A DNA stretch of 64,000 bases, from the NCBI GenBank assembly GCA_951406725.2, contig OX597816.1, positions 115,816,001 to 115,880,000 of the forward strand, in the 5' to 3' direction. The notes under the pieces are model-generated. The model was not told the origin of the DNA and made no database searches. It saw only the letters and a list, made by a program, of their open reading frames with translations. A program made the translations under genes and the position numbers. Source of the stretch: Octopus vulgaris (lineage: Eukaryota). Shown here in pieces: positions 42,971-56,130 of this stretch; the stretch's first letter is position 1, and each line of letters opens with the position of its first letter.

Positions 42971-44218
42971 ACTCATATTGTTGTTATTGTTGTTGTTATT
43001 CCTGATTGCATATAAATAAATACTCATACACGCGCACGCGTACACACTCATATACATCTTAAAACGACATCGGTGAAACTTCGTAGTCACAGATAACTTT
43101 AATACTAAATAAATGCATACGTATGTGAGTGTGATTAAGCGTACGCTCGTGTATGCGTGTGTTTATTTGCGTGAGTGTATGTGGGTGCGCGCGCGGCGTG
43201 TGTGTGATTGTTATGTTAATTTTCAAACTGCTACACCGTTCGTTTCTCTCTTCGTCTTTCTCATGGAGCAAGCTTATACAAGTTGCTCTGAAATTATGGT
43301 CAGCATAGCATTGTACTTATCATAAAGGTTGTTGCTGTTGATATCATCATTCGTCTTTTAGTTTAGTTTTCTGTGTCGGTCAGATATTGGTAAAAAACTT
43401 TTTTTTCAATTTGCAGACCTGCGTATACTGCGAGATGGTTTCAATTTTGTATCTTCCTTGCACGGTTGAGTCGTTCCTTATAGCTGATGCTGACTTTAGT
43501 TGCAATTGATGCCGTTGCTTTTGAGGGGAGTGAAGGGGATTTTCTTTTCACTTCAGAGGCAGAAAAATTAAACTGACACCCATTATTACTCCGATGACTT
43601 AGAGATCATCTGAGGTCAAGTAAGCAGCAGATATAAGGCTGCGCCCATACTTACAATATTGAATAAAAATCAATGCTTACAATATTGAATAAAAATCAGT
43701 GCTTCAATGAAGTTGCATGAAACTTCATGAAACTGACTAGATTTTGGAGAACGTGAATACATGTGTGAGCATCTGTCAGAGCTTGTTATCCGCGTTCACC
43801 AATTCACTTCGTTCTGGCCTAACAGCCCTTCCTGTTTGTTTTCACTGTCCTATTTTTGTTATCAACTTTGACCCTCCGCAAAATCCCAAATTTTATTTAA
43901 TTTACTTTGCGGAAGCAACTGTTTTATCGTAAACGTATCTTGTGTATTGCCCGAAATACGAAGTAGAAAAACAGCCGACAGCTGATAAAGGTTCATTCTT
44001 TTCTGTTGCTTGTTTTGTTTTCCATTTATTTCATTCATTATTCGCAAAAAAATTTCGTATTCCATGTTTTCGTATTTCATATTTTTACGTTCTGTAGTGT
44101 CCTGTGACCACATATGCATGTGTATATACATACATGCATATATATGTATCGTTATATCGTTATGTGATTGAACGCCACGCATCCATTTCCAAGTTTTATC
44201 CCTCTCTCTCTCTCTCTG

Positions 44219-44271
<53 letters not shown>

Positions 44272-44274
<3 letters not shown>

Positions 44275-44485
44275 GTTACCACATGTGAACTGCTGGCGAT
44301 TTTTTCCTCCGTCTTGCTGTTCTCTTGGACTTACTTCTGTCTCCTCTTTCTGAAGAAGAGCTTTACTCGAAACGTAAAACACCCTTTCTTTCTTTATCTA
44401 AGCAGCTTAACAATACTTTGCACATACCAAGTACTCGGTTGTTTTTTTTTCTTGCTGTCCTGTTTTTCTCCGTTTTTCATTAATT
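44272..44485 (+). mobile_element. Short Penelope-like terminal-repeat module between (TA)n and (GT)n
   Basis: Shares tggcgatttt, cttggac and gaagagct...ctcgaaac with 53040-53243, and carries a hammerhead motif. Confidence 0.7.
44347..44379 (+). ncRNA. Minimal type-I hammerhead ribozyme motif
   Basis: ttt-CTGAAGA-a-GAG-cttta-CTC-GAAAC-GTA-aaa: intact core, 3 bp stem II, palindromic ACGT stem III and a GUA cleavage triplet. Confidence 0.72.
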
Positions 44486-44526
44486 GTGTGTGCGTGTGCG
44501 TGTGTGTATATGTGTATGTGTGTGTG

Positions 44527-44560
<34 letters not shown>

Positions 44561-44569
44561 TGTGTGTGT

Positions 44570-44720
44570 AGGCGCAGGTGTACCTGTGTTGTAAGAAGTT
44601 TGCTTCTCAACTACATGGTTCAAGTTTCAATCCCACTGCGTGACACCTGGGGCACGTGTCTTCTACTACAGCCTCAGGCCGAAGAAAGCCTTGTGGATTT
44701 GGCAGACGGAAGTCGTATAT
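44570..44720 (+). mobile_element. Third tRNA-derived SINE family (CORE-like), partial
   Basis: ggcgcaggtg...tttcaatcccactgcgtgacacctggggcacgtgtcttctac. A more decayed copy lies at about 38159-38320. Confidence 0.75.
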
Positions 44721-44747
44721 AGATATTTAAATATATGTGTGTGGCAT

Positions 44748-44799
<52 letters not shown>

Positions 44800-45817
44800 T
44801 ATATATATAATTTACAACTGCCATCAAGAGAATACTTACATCCAATATATATAGATATTTGTGTGTGTCTACGTAGGTATCTATCTTCACTAAACATGCA
44901 AATATGTAAATAAGTATACACATGTAATACATGGTGTGTATGTAAGCATGTATTTATGAATATATATAAATTTTCAATATATCTCTACAATATATTTTAT
45001 ATTTTGAAATGCGATCATATTATTTATATGGAATTTATATTTACAATGTGCATGTATGTATGAATATACACACCATAGATTTATAAATATGGCTAATGAT
45101 TATAATCTAAATTTATAGACATAGAAATGCATACAGATATACACATATTTATATACTGAGGAATGCAACAAAACACACAAGCAAACACACAGATACTTAC
45201 AAATATATATATATATATGCATGCATAGATACACACACATATATACACATACATATATATTACATACATGTATATATACACACACACATTCATACGTATA
45301 CTCATATATATATATTTATATATATATATGTATGTATAGTTGATCTTCTATACGTGCCTACATTCCTATCTATTAGAACAATGATTCTTATTATCCTTGC
45401 TAATATTTTTATTTTCAATGGAAATTGTGCTCAAACTGTTGTTCTTAGTGTTGTTGTAATTCTTCTTCTAGTCATCTTCATCTCTACTTCTTCTCAAACT
45501 CCCCCTCCCTACTCCTACTACAATAACCAGTACAGCTAAGATCACTACGGCTGTGACAGCCGCTTGTACTGCTGATGCTGATGCTGCTGCTGATGCTACT
45601 GCTGCAGTATCTGCAATTACTATTTTATTGCTGCTCTTCTTTTCCCTTTTTTTTATTTATAGTAATACAAGTAATCTTTATCCAAAAGATTTAAAAGCTC
45701 TTTAGCGGTGTCTAAAAACGATAAACACCAACAGACACCACTGCCAACTCCACCATTACCGCCTTTCTGAAAAACAAGATGAACAACAAATATATTAACA
45801 TTGATCGCCGTTATCAC

Positions 45818-45889
<72 letters not shown>

Positions 45890-46437
45890 CAAAAAACAGC
45901 ATCAATCAGAAGCAAACAAATATCAACCGTAATATCTACAATGTTTCCCTTTCCACATAAGAAATAAAAAAAAGTAAAACATTTGTGTGTCTTCTAGATA
46001 ATACCAAGTTATATAATGTAAGAATGGTCCATTGAGTGGTTAATATAGTAGAAGAAAAACAGAGGGAAGAGAGGGTTTGGCAAAACTAAGATGCACATTC
46101 AGAAAGCTTTGTATACAACATAAAATATATAACAAGAAATACCACCAACAATCAAGAATATAGAAATAAAAACAAAGACGAAATAGGTATGGCATGGAGT
46201 GGTTGGAAGAATAGTTTAAAAGGTATGAGGCACGATATTGAAAGAAAATATAGATGGACATAGAGAATATAATAAGAAATGGTATGCTGGCATTGTATTT
46301 AGTGAACATTAAAAAGAGGAACAAAGTAAAAAGAAAATAGCATAAGGATAAATACTCCGTCTATACAAATGTCTGCCTATCTATCTATTTCTTCATATAT
46401 ATATATATGTGCATGCGTGTGTGTGTATAGATACACG

Positions 46438-46527
<90 letters not shown>

Positions 46528-46564
46528 ATATGTATATATAGATAGATACATACATACATATGTA

Positions 46565-46659
<95 letters not shown>

Positions 46660-47571
46660 GCAAATGTATGTATGTATGAATATGTATATGTATGTATTCA
46701 TGTATGTATGTATATATACAAATGTGTGTCCGTTTGTGTGTTTGTATGTGTGTACGCATAATTGTGTACGTATGTGCTTGAGTGCTTATTCATCTGTTAA
46801 TCTACGAGTTTCACTGCGCTTATGCTTGTATGTATATTTTTGCGTATATAACCTTTTTTTACTTCTTCTGTACATGTATTTTGGGCAAATGTAATCCTTT
46901 ATCAATCTTTATGATATAGATATATGTGTGGCTATCTCTAAGGTTACTTGTTACAAAGCAGACATGAATGGAATGCTTAATAAACATGGCTTTATATATA
47001 AAAGCTTCCTTACATTATCCGTATTAGTCAGCCAATAAAAAATGGTTAGATTTTGACCAACCATATGGTTGAGAGGATATTAGATATTTTGTAAAGCTCA
47101 TTTTTTTTTAAAGTGATATTATTTTTTCTGGTATTATTAGAAATCTGTTTGTTTCACTTGTTAGATATTAATCATTTAACCAAATATAACCTTTCTGTGG
47201 GACAGAGCACATGTCATTTTTAATCGTCTCTTCGTTGTGTCATTGAAATTTTGTTTCAATAGAGAGGCTGTGATGATGCTGATAATGATGATGATGATCA
47301 TGGTCATCATAATCCTCATGATCATCATTATCATCATAACACAAGAGCATGATCATGGTGATGGTGATAACGAGGACGAAGAAGAAGACAGTACCGAACA
47401 TGATGATTATCATCACCATCAGCACCCCCACCACCACCACTGCCGCCGCCGACGTTGTCATCATCATCACCATCATCAATACTACCACCGCCAATCGGAA
47501 GACCGATTATAATTATTATTCTTCTTGTTGTTATTGGTAATGGTGGTATTATTATTATTATTATTATTATT

Positions 47572-47904
47572 GAGTGAGCGAGCAGAGCATGCCATCAAAG
47601 TGACACTGGGGTAAAATATATGAAGCCCAGTATACCCATCATGACTACCCGTCTGATAAGGGTATACTAGGCACATGCATCACAACCATATGTGCGCGAC
47701 ATGGTGATCTCATATCAAGATAAACAGCACATGACCTTGCAGGTGGGGCCCAGTTAGAATTTTCTTCAGATCGAGTAACCCATCCCGCTCAAAAGGTCCC
47801 TGAATAAGGGTTGTTTAAGGACGTTGAACGAAACACCCATGTTTCCAGAGGTGAATTATTCAAACCCCAAAGAATCCTTCTCAACACATGGCTATGATGC
47901 TCCC
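47572..47904 (-). mobile_element. Non-coding interspersed element ending in (TAA)n, putatively Dong-mobilised
   Basis: Higher GC than its surroundings, no recognisable coding content, (AAT)n tail at 47547-47571 and directly abutting a Dong 3' end. Recalled as a recurrent octopus repeat. Confidence 0.55.
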
Positions 47905-48786
47905 ATCTCTTTATCACAGCTTTTGTTGAAGCTCCTGAAGTCTTGCATGCGTAGCGGGCTTACTACCTGCAGCCTCTGGTACCATGCTATTCGTTCTTTT
48001 CAGCTAATACTTTCCTGATTATTCTGGCCGGGCCAACGAGGCAAGCCTTTTGTAACAGTTCTATAGGGCACTTTTCCAATTTTCTTTATATTCTTCTTGA
48101 TTCCTTCTGATACTGTTCTCAAGGACACAACAATAATTAGCACTATCTTCCCCTTCTTCATTTTCCATAGCCGGGCTATTTCGCACTTAAGAGGGTTGTA
48201 TCTATTTTTTCGCCTACCTTCTTCACTTTTCGTGGGTTAAAGCGGCATGCAACGTCAACTATATAGAATATGCGATGCATCTTACCCACCACCAGTAGAT
48301 CCGGTCTGTTATGCTCTAGCACCTGATCTGTTTGGATTGGGAAACCCTAGAGGAATTTGTTAGTCTCTGACTCTTACCACTCTCTGCGATTTGTCTCATA
48401 CCACGCCTTGCCTCACGCTAGCCCCCACTTTTTGCACAACTTTCAATGTAGCACTTCTCTACCTGGTCGTGTCGCCATAACTTGTAGCGGTTTTGGACAA
48501 GTCAAAGGCATTCATTCGTGATATGGACAATGGTTTCATTGCCACAGCGGAGACAGTTGCTCATTCTTCAGGTTGACATTTCAGTTCGTGGCCAGAGCTT
48601 GGTCCTGCGCAGCCAGTTTACTGCTCTCGATCACATTTTTAGGTTCTTTCATCAGCCAATCCCACCTATCCCGCCTATCTTTTCCAGCAACTTCTGTTGT
48701 GGTTACATGTAATTGATTGTGTAATCCCTTCTCGCGTAATTCTTCTTCATGTCCTTTTTGTACTTCTTCCTTTGCTTTCTCTCCTG

Positions 48787-48788
<2 letters not shown>
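47905..48788 (-). mobile_element. R4/Dong-clade LINE fragment (subfamily 2)
   Basis: LAAQDQALATN, ETIVHITNEC, RHDQV, IQTDQVLEHNRPDLLVV and ELLQKACLVGPARIIRKVL. Confidence 0.88.
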
Positions 48789-48859
<71 letters not shown>

Positions 48860-49473
48860 TTATGTTTGACTTTTGACTTGCATTTGTACATGTTGGCTCC
48901 AAGTCTCACCCAGAGACCTCAAGATACAAGTTAGAAGTACATGTTGGTGTTGCCTAGGGTGTCATATATTTGGTGTTGTACATAGCATTGTTTTAGAGAA
49001 TGTTTAAGAAAGCATAAGAAAATTATGAGTTTGTTTTAAAATTTGAGATTACATAGACAGTATTTTACGTTGGATATGAGCAATTCCCATGAGCACTATC
49101 TTTTGAATTTCTGTCGTTTTGGTGTTTCCTGATATCTGAGCTAGGTAGCAATCAGCCCTTTTGCTATCATTCCTAGAGCACCTATGACAGCAGGTATAGT
49201 TTTAGTCTTGAGGTTCTACATTTTTTTCAAATTCTATTTCAAGATCTCTATACTTGCTCGGTTTTTGGTAGCTCTTGACAGAAAGATACGTTTATATCGA
49301 TTGGTACAGTCATATCAATGAGGAGGAATGATTTTTGTCTGGCCTATTCGCATCTATGTTTCTGTCAGTTTGAATGAAGTTCCAGGGGATTGAGATAAGA
49401 GCATTTTCAAGCACTGGAGGTGGTTTTTGTTCCTACCAGTTTTTATCACGGGTCAGGTCCAGATTTTTGCAAG
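48860..49473 (-). mobile_element. R4/Dong-clade LINE 3' fragment (subfamily 3)
   Basis: IQTDRNIDANRPD, SKYRDLEIE, KTIPAVIGALGMIA and EIQKIVLMGIAHI. (TAA)n on both sides. Confidence 0.88.
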
Positions 49474-49518
49474 TTATCATTATTATTATTATTGTTGTTA
49501 TTATTATTATTATCATTC

Positions 49519-51405
49519 TTCAGTAGTTTTATTTTTATAGCGTGCTTTCACTTCACTTCCGAGCGCAGCTCTGTGCGCCTTGGGTATGTTCTGTGATTTG
49601 TTGTGATGCTCTGATGGTTATTGTATGGAAAGTGTTCTGCGTAGGATGTGTGCAGTGCCTAGTAGGGCAATTTTCTGTATGTTATATGTGTTTGTAAGTC
49701 CTGGTGTTTTTGTTATGTATTTGTCTGAATATTTTTTTATCATGCCTAATGCACCTACTATGATAAGAATTGTTTCTGTTTTTAGATTCCACATTCTGGT
49801 TACCTCTATTTCCATGTCTTTGTATTTTGAAAGTTTCTCCATTTCTTTTAGAGACACGTTGTCATCTGCTGGCATTGATACATCAATTAGAAAGCATTTT
49901 TTTTCTTCATGATCTCTGATAGCTATATCTGGTCTGTTGGCCTTAATTTCTCTATTTGTGTGTATCGGCATATACCAGAGTATGGTTGCTTTCTTGTTTT
50001 CTGTGACCTTTTCTGGTGTGTGCCTATACCATCTTTTTTCTGTTGTTATTCCATAATGTTGGCATAGCTTCCAGCGTATGTAGGTCTCAACTCTGTCATG
50101 TCTGTGAATATATTCCTTCTTAGCCAGGACTGGGCAGCCAGAGATAATATGATTTATTGTTTCTTGTCCATCTCCACATATTCTGCAGTAACTTGTCATA
50201 TTTCTTTTCATTACATGTTTTTGGTAATTTCTGGTGGGGAGGCTTTGGTCTTGTGCTGCAATTAAAAATCCCTCTGTCTCTGCTTTGAGTCCTGAGCTTC
50301 TCAACCATTGCTGGGATTTCTTTTTGTCTATTTCTTTTGCATTTAGTTTAGTTCAGTATTTACCATGAAGGGGCTTTTCTTGCCATCGTTTTATCATGGT
50401 TCTTTGCTGTTCTATTTTTAGTTTGGATTTCATTTGTTTTATAGCTTTTTTTGTCTTCTTCTTCTTCTTCTTCTTCTTCTTCTTCTTCTTCTTCTTCTTC
50501 TTCTTCTTCTTCTTCTTCTTCTTCTTCTTCTTCTTCTTCTTCTTCTTCTCCATATTTGTTAGGTGGTATGATTTCTTGTTTGTATTTGTCAGCTTCCTTA
50601 AATACTGAGAACAATTTTTTGTTTTGCTCGTGTTTTGCCGCTATTTGTATCAGTTTTCCTTCCTTCTGAAGTAGATATTTTTGCAGTCCTATGGCGGTTA
50701 TTTTATAGTAGTTTTCCAGCTGTATAAGGCCTCTACCACCTTCTATACGTTGTATATATAGTCTTTCTATGTCAGATTTTGGGTGATGTATCCTAGATCC
50801 TGTCATTATTTTTCTTGTTTTCCTATCTATTTTGGTCTGTTCATTTAGTGTCCAGTTAAGGGTATTGTAGCTGTAACTTATAACTGGGATAGCTAAAGTG
50901 TTAATACCTATTATCTTGTTTTTAGCATTGAGCTCTGTTTTTAGTATTCATCTAACTCGTCTATAATATTCTTTTTTTTATTTTCTCTTTCATTTGTGTG
51001 TGTGTTGTGTCTTATCTTGTTCATGGATTCCTAAGTATTTGTAAGTTTGGCTTTGGTCTAATTCTTTTATTTCATTGGTTTTATCTAGTGCGATGTTGCT
51101 ATTCTTAACTAGTTTTCCTCTTTTCAGGGTTACTTTGGCACATTTTTCTAATCCAAATTTCATATCTATTTCTTTGGTAAATCCATGAACTGTCTTTAAT
51201 AGTGTTTCCAGCTGTTTGTCATTTGCAGCGTATAGTTTTTGGTCATCCATATATAAAAGGTGGCTGATCGTTTTGCCGTAACCTTTATATCCGCATCCAG
51301 TTCTATTTAGTATATCAGATAGAGGTGACAGTGCCAAGCAGAAAAGGGGTGTAGAGAGCGTGTCTCCCTGGAATATTCCTCTTCTAATGGGGATGGCTTT
51401 GGTTT

Positions 51406-51409
<4 letters not shown>
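49519..51409 (-). mobile_element. R4/Dong-clade LINE, 5'-truncated, best-preserved copy (RT, CCHC, RLE, 3' UTR)
   Basis: RGIFQGDTLS, HLLYMDD, GLEKCA, RLYIQRIEGGRGL, CRICG...HIISGC, RHD, RPD...IDVS and KLSKY. Bounded by (TAA)n at about 49478-49515 and 51408-51498. Confidence 0.96.
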
Positions 51410-51498
<89 letters not shown>

Positions 51499-52214
51499 GA
51501 GTAGTAATGATGAAATAATAGTATATTATATCCTAACCAAATCTCCACCTATTATATTTCTGCCAGGTCTGGAACCACAATGTTCGTATCACATTGTAGA
51601 AATTCCTGTCGAGTTAGTGGGATATAAAAGCTTTGATACCTTTTGTTTTCCAGTCTTTTCGTATGTAATCGAACGTAATACAATCAAGTTTTTATCGTCA
51701 TTGTTTTTCCGTTGCTTTCTTAACATCAAACAAAGAACTTAGATAATGTCACACATAGCCTCAGGGTGGTCACTTGTTCTGTTAGAAATAGTAAACACAC
51801 CCGACACTCAAATGAAAATCAAATGAAAATAATAAAAGGTAATTTGGATAACGTAGTCTGTGGTAGACAAGAAGATCCGCTGGTTAAGGTTTGAAAGACT
51901 TTAATTATTACTCTGATCATTCAGAGATCGCCTGAAACTAGAAAAAACAATGATTAATGTCAAAACAAGCAGTCAATAATTTTTAATGCACTTTAGTACT
52001 TTGGTTTTCGTCACTTTTGTTGTCATTTTCATACGGGAGCTGGCTCTGCTTATTTGAATCATTAAACTAAATACATTATTTGTAGTTGTTGAAGCACCAT
52101 TTTTGACAGTTCCTCTGACTTTCTAATAATCTGATTTTTTAACTGATCTGGTTAAGTTTGATGACAACTCCAGCTCGACCTCTAATTATATAGTCTGCAG
52201 TATTCTTGGATATA

Positions 52215-52438
52215 TTCTTGTCTACTCTAGGCACAAGGCCCGAAATTTGGGGGGAACGGGCCAGTCCATTAGATCGACCCCAGTACGCAACTAGTATTTA
52301 ATTGATCGACCCCTAAGGAATGAAATGCAAAGTCCACCTCGGTGGAATTTAAACTCAGAACGTAAGAACAGACGAAATACCTATTTCTTTACTACCAACA
52401 AGGGGCTAAACACAGAGAGGACAAACAAGGACAGACAA
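52215..52438 (-). mobile_element. SINE family A dimer, upstream unit truncated
   Basis: Junction gacgaaatac|ctatttcttt at 52380/52381. Confidence 0.88.
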
Positions 52439-52481
52439 GACACCAAAGTTGGGAATCATTAAATTCATATGATTCATTGAA

Positions 52482-52694
52482 GGCGGCGGGCTGGCAGAAA
52501 CGTTAGTACACCAGGCGAAATGCATAGCCGTATTTCGTCTGCCGTTACGTTCTGAGTTCAAATTCCTTTCATCCTTTCGGGGTTGATAAATTAAGTACCA
52601 GTTACGCACTGGTTTCGATGTAATCGACTTGATCCGTTTGTCTGTCCTTGTTTGTCCCCTCTGTGTTTAGCCTCTTCTGGGTAGTAAAGAAATA
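52482..52694 (+). mobile_element. SINE family A monomer, tail type A
   Basis: ggcggcgggctggcagaaacgttag ... gggtagtaaagaaata. Confidence 0.9.
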
Positions 52695-53039
52695 CATTCT
52701 CCTACGCACATGTGTAGGTAGACACACAACAGTCAAGCCACTTCTACCAACATTCTTACTATAAATTCTTCCTATGACCTTAAACGTTACTAAGCCCAAC
52801 CACACACACAGATAAACAGCCACAACCACACACAAACACACACACACACACACACACACGGGTGGTATCATTACAAACACACACACACACATGAGCTATC
52901 ATTACACACAACACACACATACACAAACAGACCTGCGCGCAGACACAAACCTACACATACACACACATACCTCCTTCTCTTGCACTCTCCTGTCTTTGAA
53001 AGAACTTTTTCTTCACCCATTCCCTTTCGGTCATTTCAA

Positions 53040-53241
53040 TATGTGACTGCGTGTGTATCGTTGGCGATTTTCTTTCTTCGTCTTTTCCTTGGACCTTTCC
53101 TTTTTCTGTTTTTGACGAAGAGCTCCGCTCGAAACATTACATCCTCCTTCTTTCTTTCCTTTCCTGAGCGTCCAATAACACTATACTTGTGCCACGTCCT
53201 CGCATTGTTGTGTTTTCTCTTTGTTCATGTTTGGATTAACT

Positions 53242-53243
<2 letters not shown>
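53040..53243 (+). mobile_element. Penelope-like terminal module with a decayed hammerhead
   Basis: tTGACGA-a-GAG-ctccg-CTC-GAAAC-att at 53112-53138, homologous to 44350-44376. Ends at (TA)n. Confidence 0.65.
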
Positions 53244-53290
<47 letters not shown>

Positions 53291-53293
<3 letters not shown>

Positions 53294-53447
53294 GGCATAT
53301 AAGAAAATGGAGAGGAAACAAAATCGACAGACATCCCAGTATGACTATTTATTCCAATGTAATTCATTGGAATAAAGAAACATACTGGAGTGTTTACCGG
53401 CTGACGACTGTCGATTTTGCATCCTCTTCACTTTCTTATTTGTCGTA
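53291..53447. repeat. Imperfect long fold-back next to (TA)n
   Basis: Outer arms of about 41 bp, plus inner ccagtatg/catactgg and tttattccaatg/cattggaataaa. Confidence 0.88.
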
Positions 53448-53596
53448 AAGCACTTTTTACTACAGCCCTTATATAACACTCAATTGCGAGATTGCCACGC
53501 AATAACTAGCACTTGGATATGAATATTTGGGTACACTACCAGCAGTATATTTGATAGGTACTATCCCTTTGTTGATTTCTCAACCGCTAACTCACG

Positions 53597-53701
<105 letters not shown>

Positions 53702-53710
53702 GTATACATA

Positions 53711-53806
<96 letters not shown>

Positions 53807-54039
53807 TGAACGTACTTACATATGTAAAAACAAACCTAACACTATATCACACTAAAATTGACTCGAATGTAACATGACAAACATGGAGGATAATTAATGA
53901 ATTAACATAAAAACTATAAATCAGATGATAAAGTCATGTCACCACTCTCCAAAATTAGACATATTCTTATTTAGGCAGCTCAAGTGGACTGATATTTTAG
54001 ATAATTACAAAATAATGATTAGGATGAATTTAACAAGGT

Positions 54040-54840
54040 AGGAGCTGCCTGACCCAGCTCTTACAGCACTATGACTGGGTGTTGAGACAGTGACACAACA
54101 ACTCAAATGTGGACGTAATATACCTTGATTTTGCAAAAGATTTGACAAGGTGGATCAAGGTATGATATGCCACAAACTGCGTGATCTCGGCATAGTTGGA
54201 AAATTTTGGAGAGTGGTTACATGACGTCCTGAAAGATAGAAGTCAGGGGGTAGTGGCTAATGGAGCCACCTCTATGAAAACACAAATATTGAGCGATATT
54301 CCACAGGGCACTGTCTTGGAACGAGTGTGAAATTTACAGCGGACCTTGAAGCAATCCAGAGAAGATTCACAAAGAAGATCGTCTCTTTGCAATTGCTCAG
54401 CTACTGGAAAAGGCTGAAACAGCTAAGACTCTATCCTCTGGGGAGAAGGCGAGAGAGGTATGCAGTAATATACATCTGGAAGATCCTGGAAGGAATTGTG
54501 CAAAATTTTGGTATTGAAAGCTACACTGCATAGTGCCAATCATCCCAACAACGCCATCGCGCTTCAGGACCAGTTACTGCAACAACCTGGGTCTCAAGGG
54601 CCCACAGCTTTTTAATATTCTCCCAAAGAGCCTGAGGAACCTGCACAAAGTAGATGTGGGCGTTTTAAAATCAAAGCTGGACCTTTTCCTGTCAAGGGTC
54701 TCAGATGAACCTACCTCCCGGCAAAAGTGCAAATGAGAGTAGCTATATCAAACTCCATTCTTCACCAAGTGTCACAAATTGGAGGAGGCTCTCAGTAATA
54801 ACGGTGTAGCAAAACGGTGGTGCATCAGCTGAAACTACAG
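54040..54840 (+). mobile_element. CR1-group LINE relic with internal deletion
   Basis: SCLTQLL, VDVIYLDFAK.FDKVD and IPQGTVL join directly to LEAIQRRFTKKI...SYWKRLKQLRLYPLGRRRER, so the YADD region is missing. Confidence 0.9.
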
Positions 54841-55120
54841 AAAGGAAAAAAATATTAAAATAAATTATAACTATACTTGAATACCTTGTTACATTATAAA
54901 AATACTATACAAAAAACGTTGAACATTGGGTTTTAATTTCCATGGTGACAACTAAATACTCAATTTCAAAGCGTGTAACACACAGATTTTATGCTTTTAT
55001 ATAAAATTTAGAGACTAATATGCTTTTAAATTTAAGCATTCTAAACCGGTAATGGTTGATGTAAGTTTATTATTATCATTATTGTTGTTGTTGCAGTGGT
55101 TGTTGTTATTATTATAATTA

Positions 55121-55196
<76 letters not shown>

Positions 55197-55571
55197 CATC
55201 ATCATCATCATTATTGTTGCTATTGTTGTTATCATCATCATCATTATAATAATTATTATTATTGTTGTTGTTGTTGTTGTTATGATGACGATGATTATGA
55301 TGATAAATGGACACAGAAGAATAGCTTGAAAAAGTGTTTAGCGATTCGTTCGGCGCCAGTGCAGTGCTTACTTTTGTGTTTGCCAATCTAAAAGTGGAAT
55401 GACTGAAGCCAAAAAATCTATTCCTACCGAATGCCTGTGTGTGTGCACGTGCGTATGTATGTATATATGTATGCATGTATGTATGTATGTATGTATGTAT
55501 GTATGTATGTATGTATGTATGTATGTATGTATGTATGTATGTATGTTTGCATGTATGTATATATGTATGCA

Positions 55572-55621
<50 letters not shown>

Positions 55622-55939
55622 TTTATAAATCTCTGCATGCACACTCATACACATGTTTGTGTTCCGTGTGTGTGTGCCCGCCCGCGCGTGTACCTTCGCA
55701 TATAGTGTAGAGAGAATAATTTCTTCGTGTTTCAACAAGTGCTTTTCAGTGGAGAGAGAGAGAGAGAAATATTTTGTATATCCTTCGCCTATCGAAATAT
55801 TGTTGAAACTGCTCTTGGTGCTGTTGCTGACGTTGATGATGAATAGAAGAAGGAAGAGAAGAGGAGGAGGGAGAGGAAGAGGAGAAGAGGTGAAGGACGA
55901 CGATGACGAGGAGGATAATGAGGACAGCAGTGGCGTTGT

Positions 55940-56130
55940 TAAAGCGTAGCTCAGCCTTAATCGAGGTGATAGATCTAAGGTATTCTAGCCATGACCATCA
56001 CATCACCGATTATTTAAGACTACATAATCCTAGATATTCTGTCTTTTTTCAAAAACAGTATACTCGAATTTATGAGAGTTTCGGCTGCTATCTTTAGCAG
56101 GTCGTATGACAATAAGGAGGCTTCCTCACT
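55940..56130. mobile_element. Old interspersed repeat family
   Basis: The motif ggctgctat(t/c)t(c/t)tagcag recurs at about 24470, and related decayed segments occur elsewhere in the window. Confidence 0.45.

Noticed and set aside
43649-43705. 26 bp tandem duplication (similar ones at 4741-4795, 19795-19855 and 58117-58180)
   Set aside because: Ordinary local slippage duplications with no spacers, not CRISPR-like.
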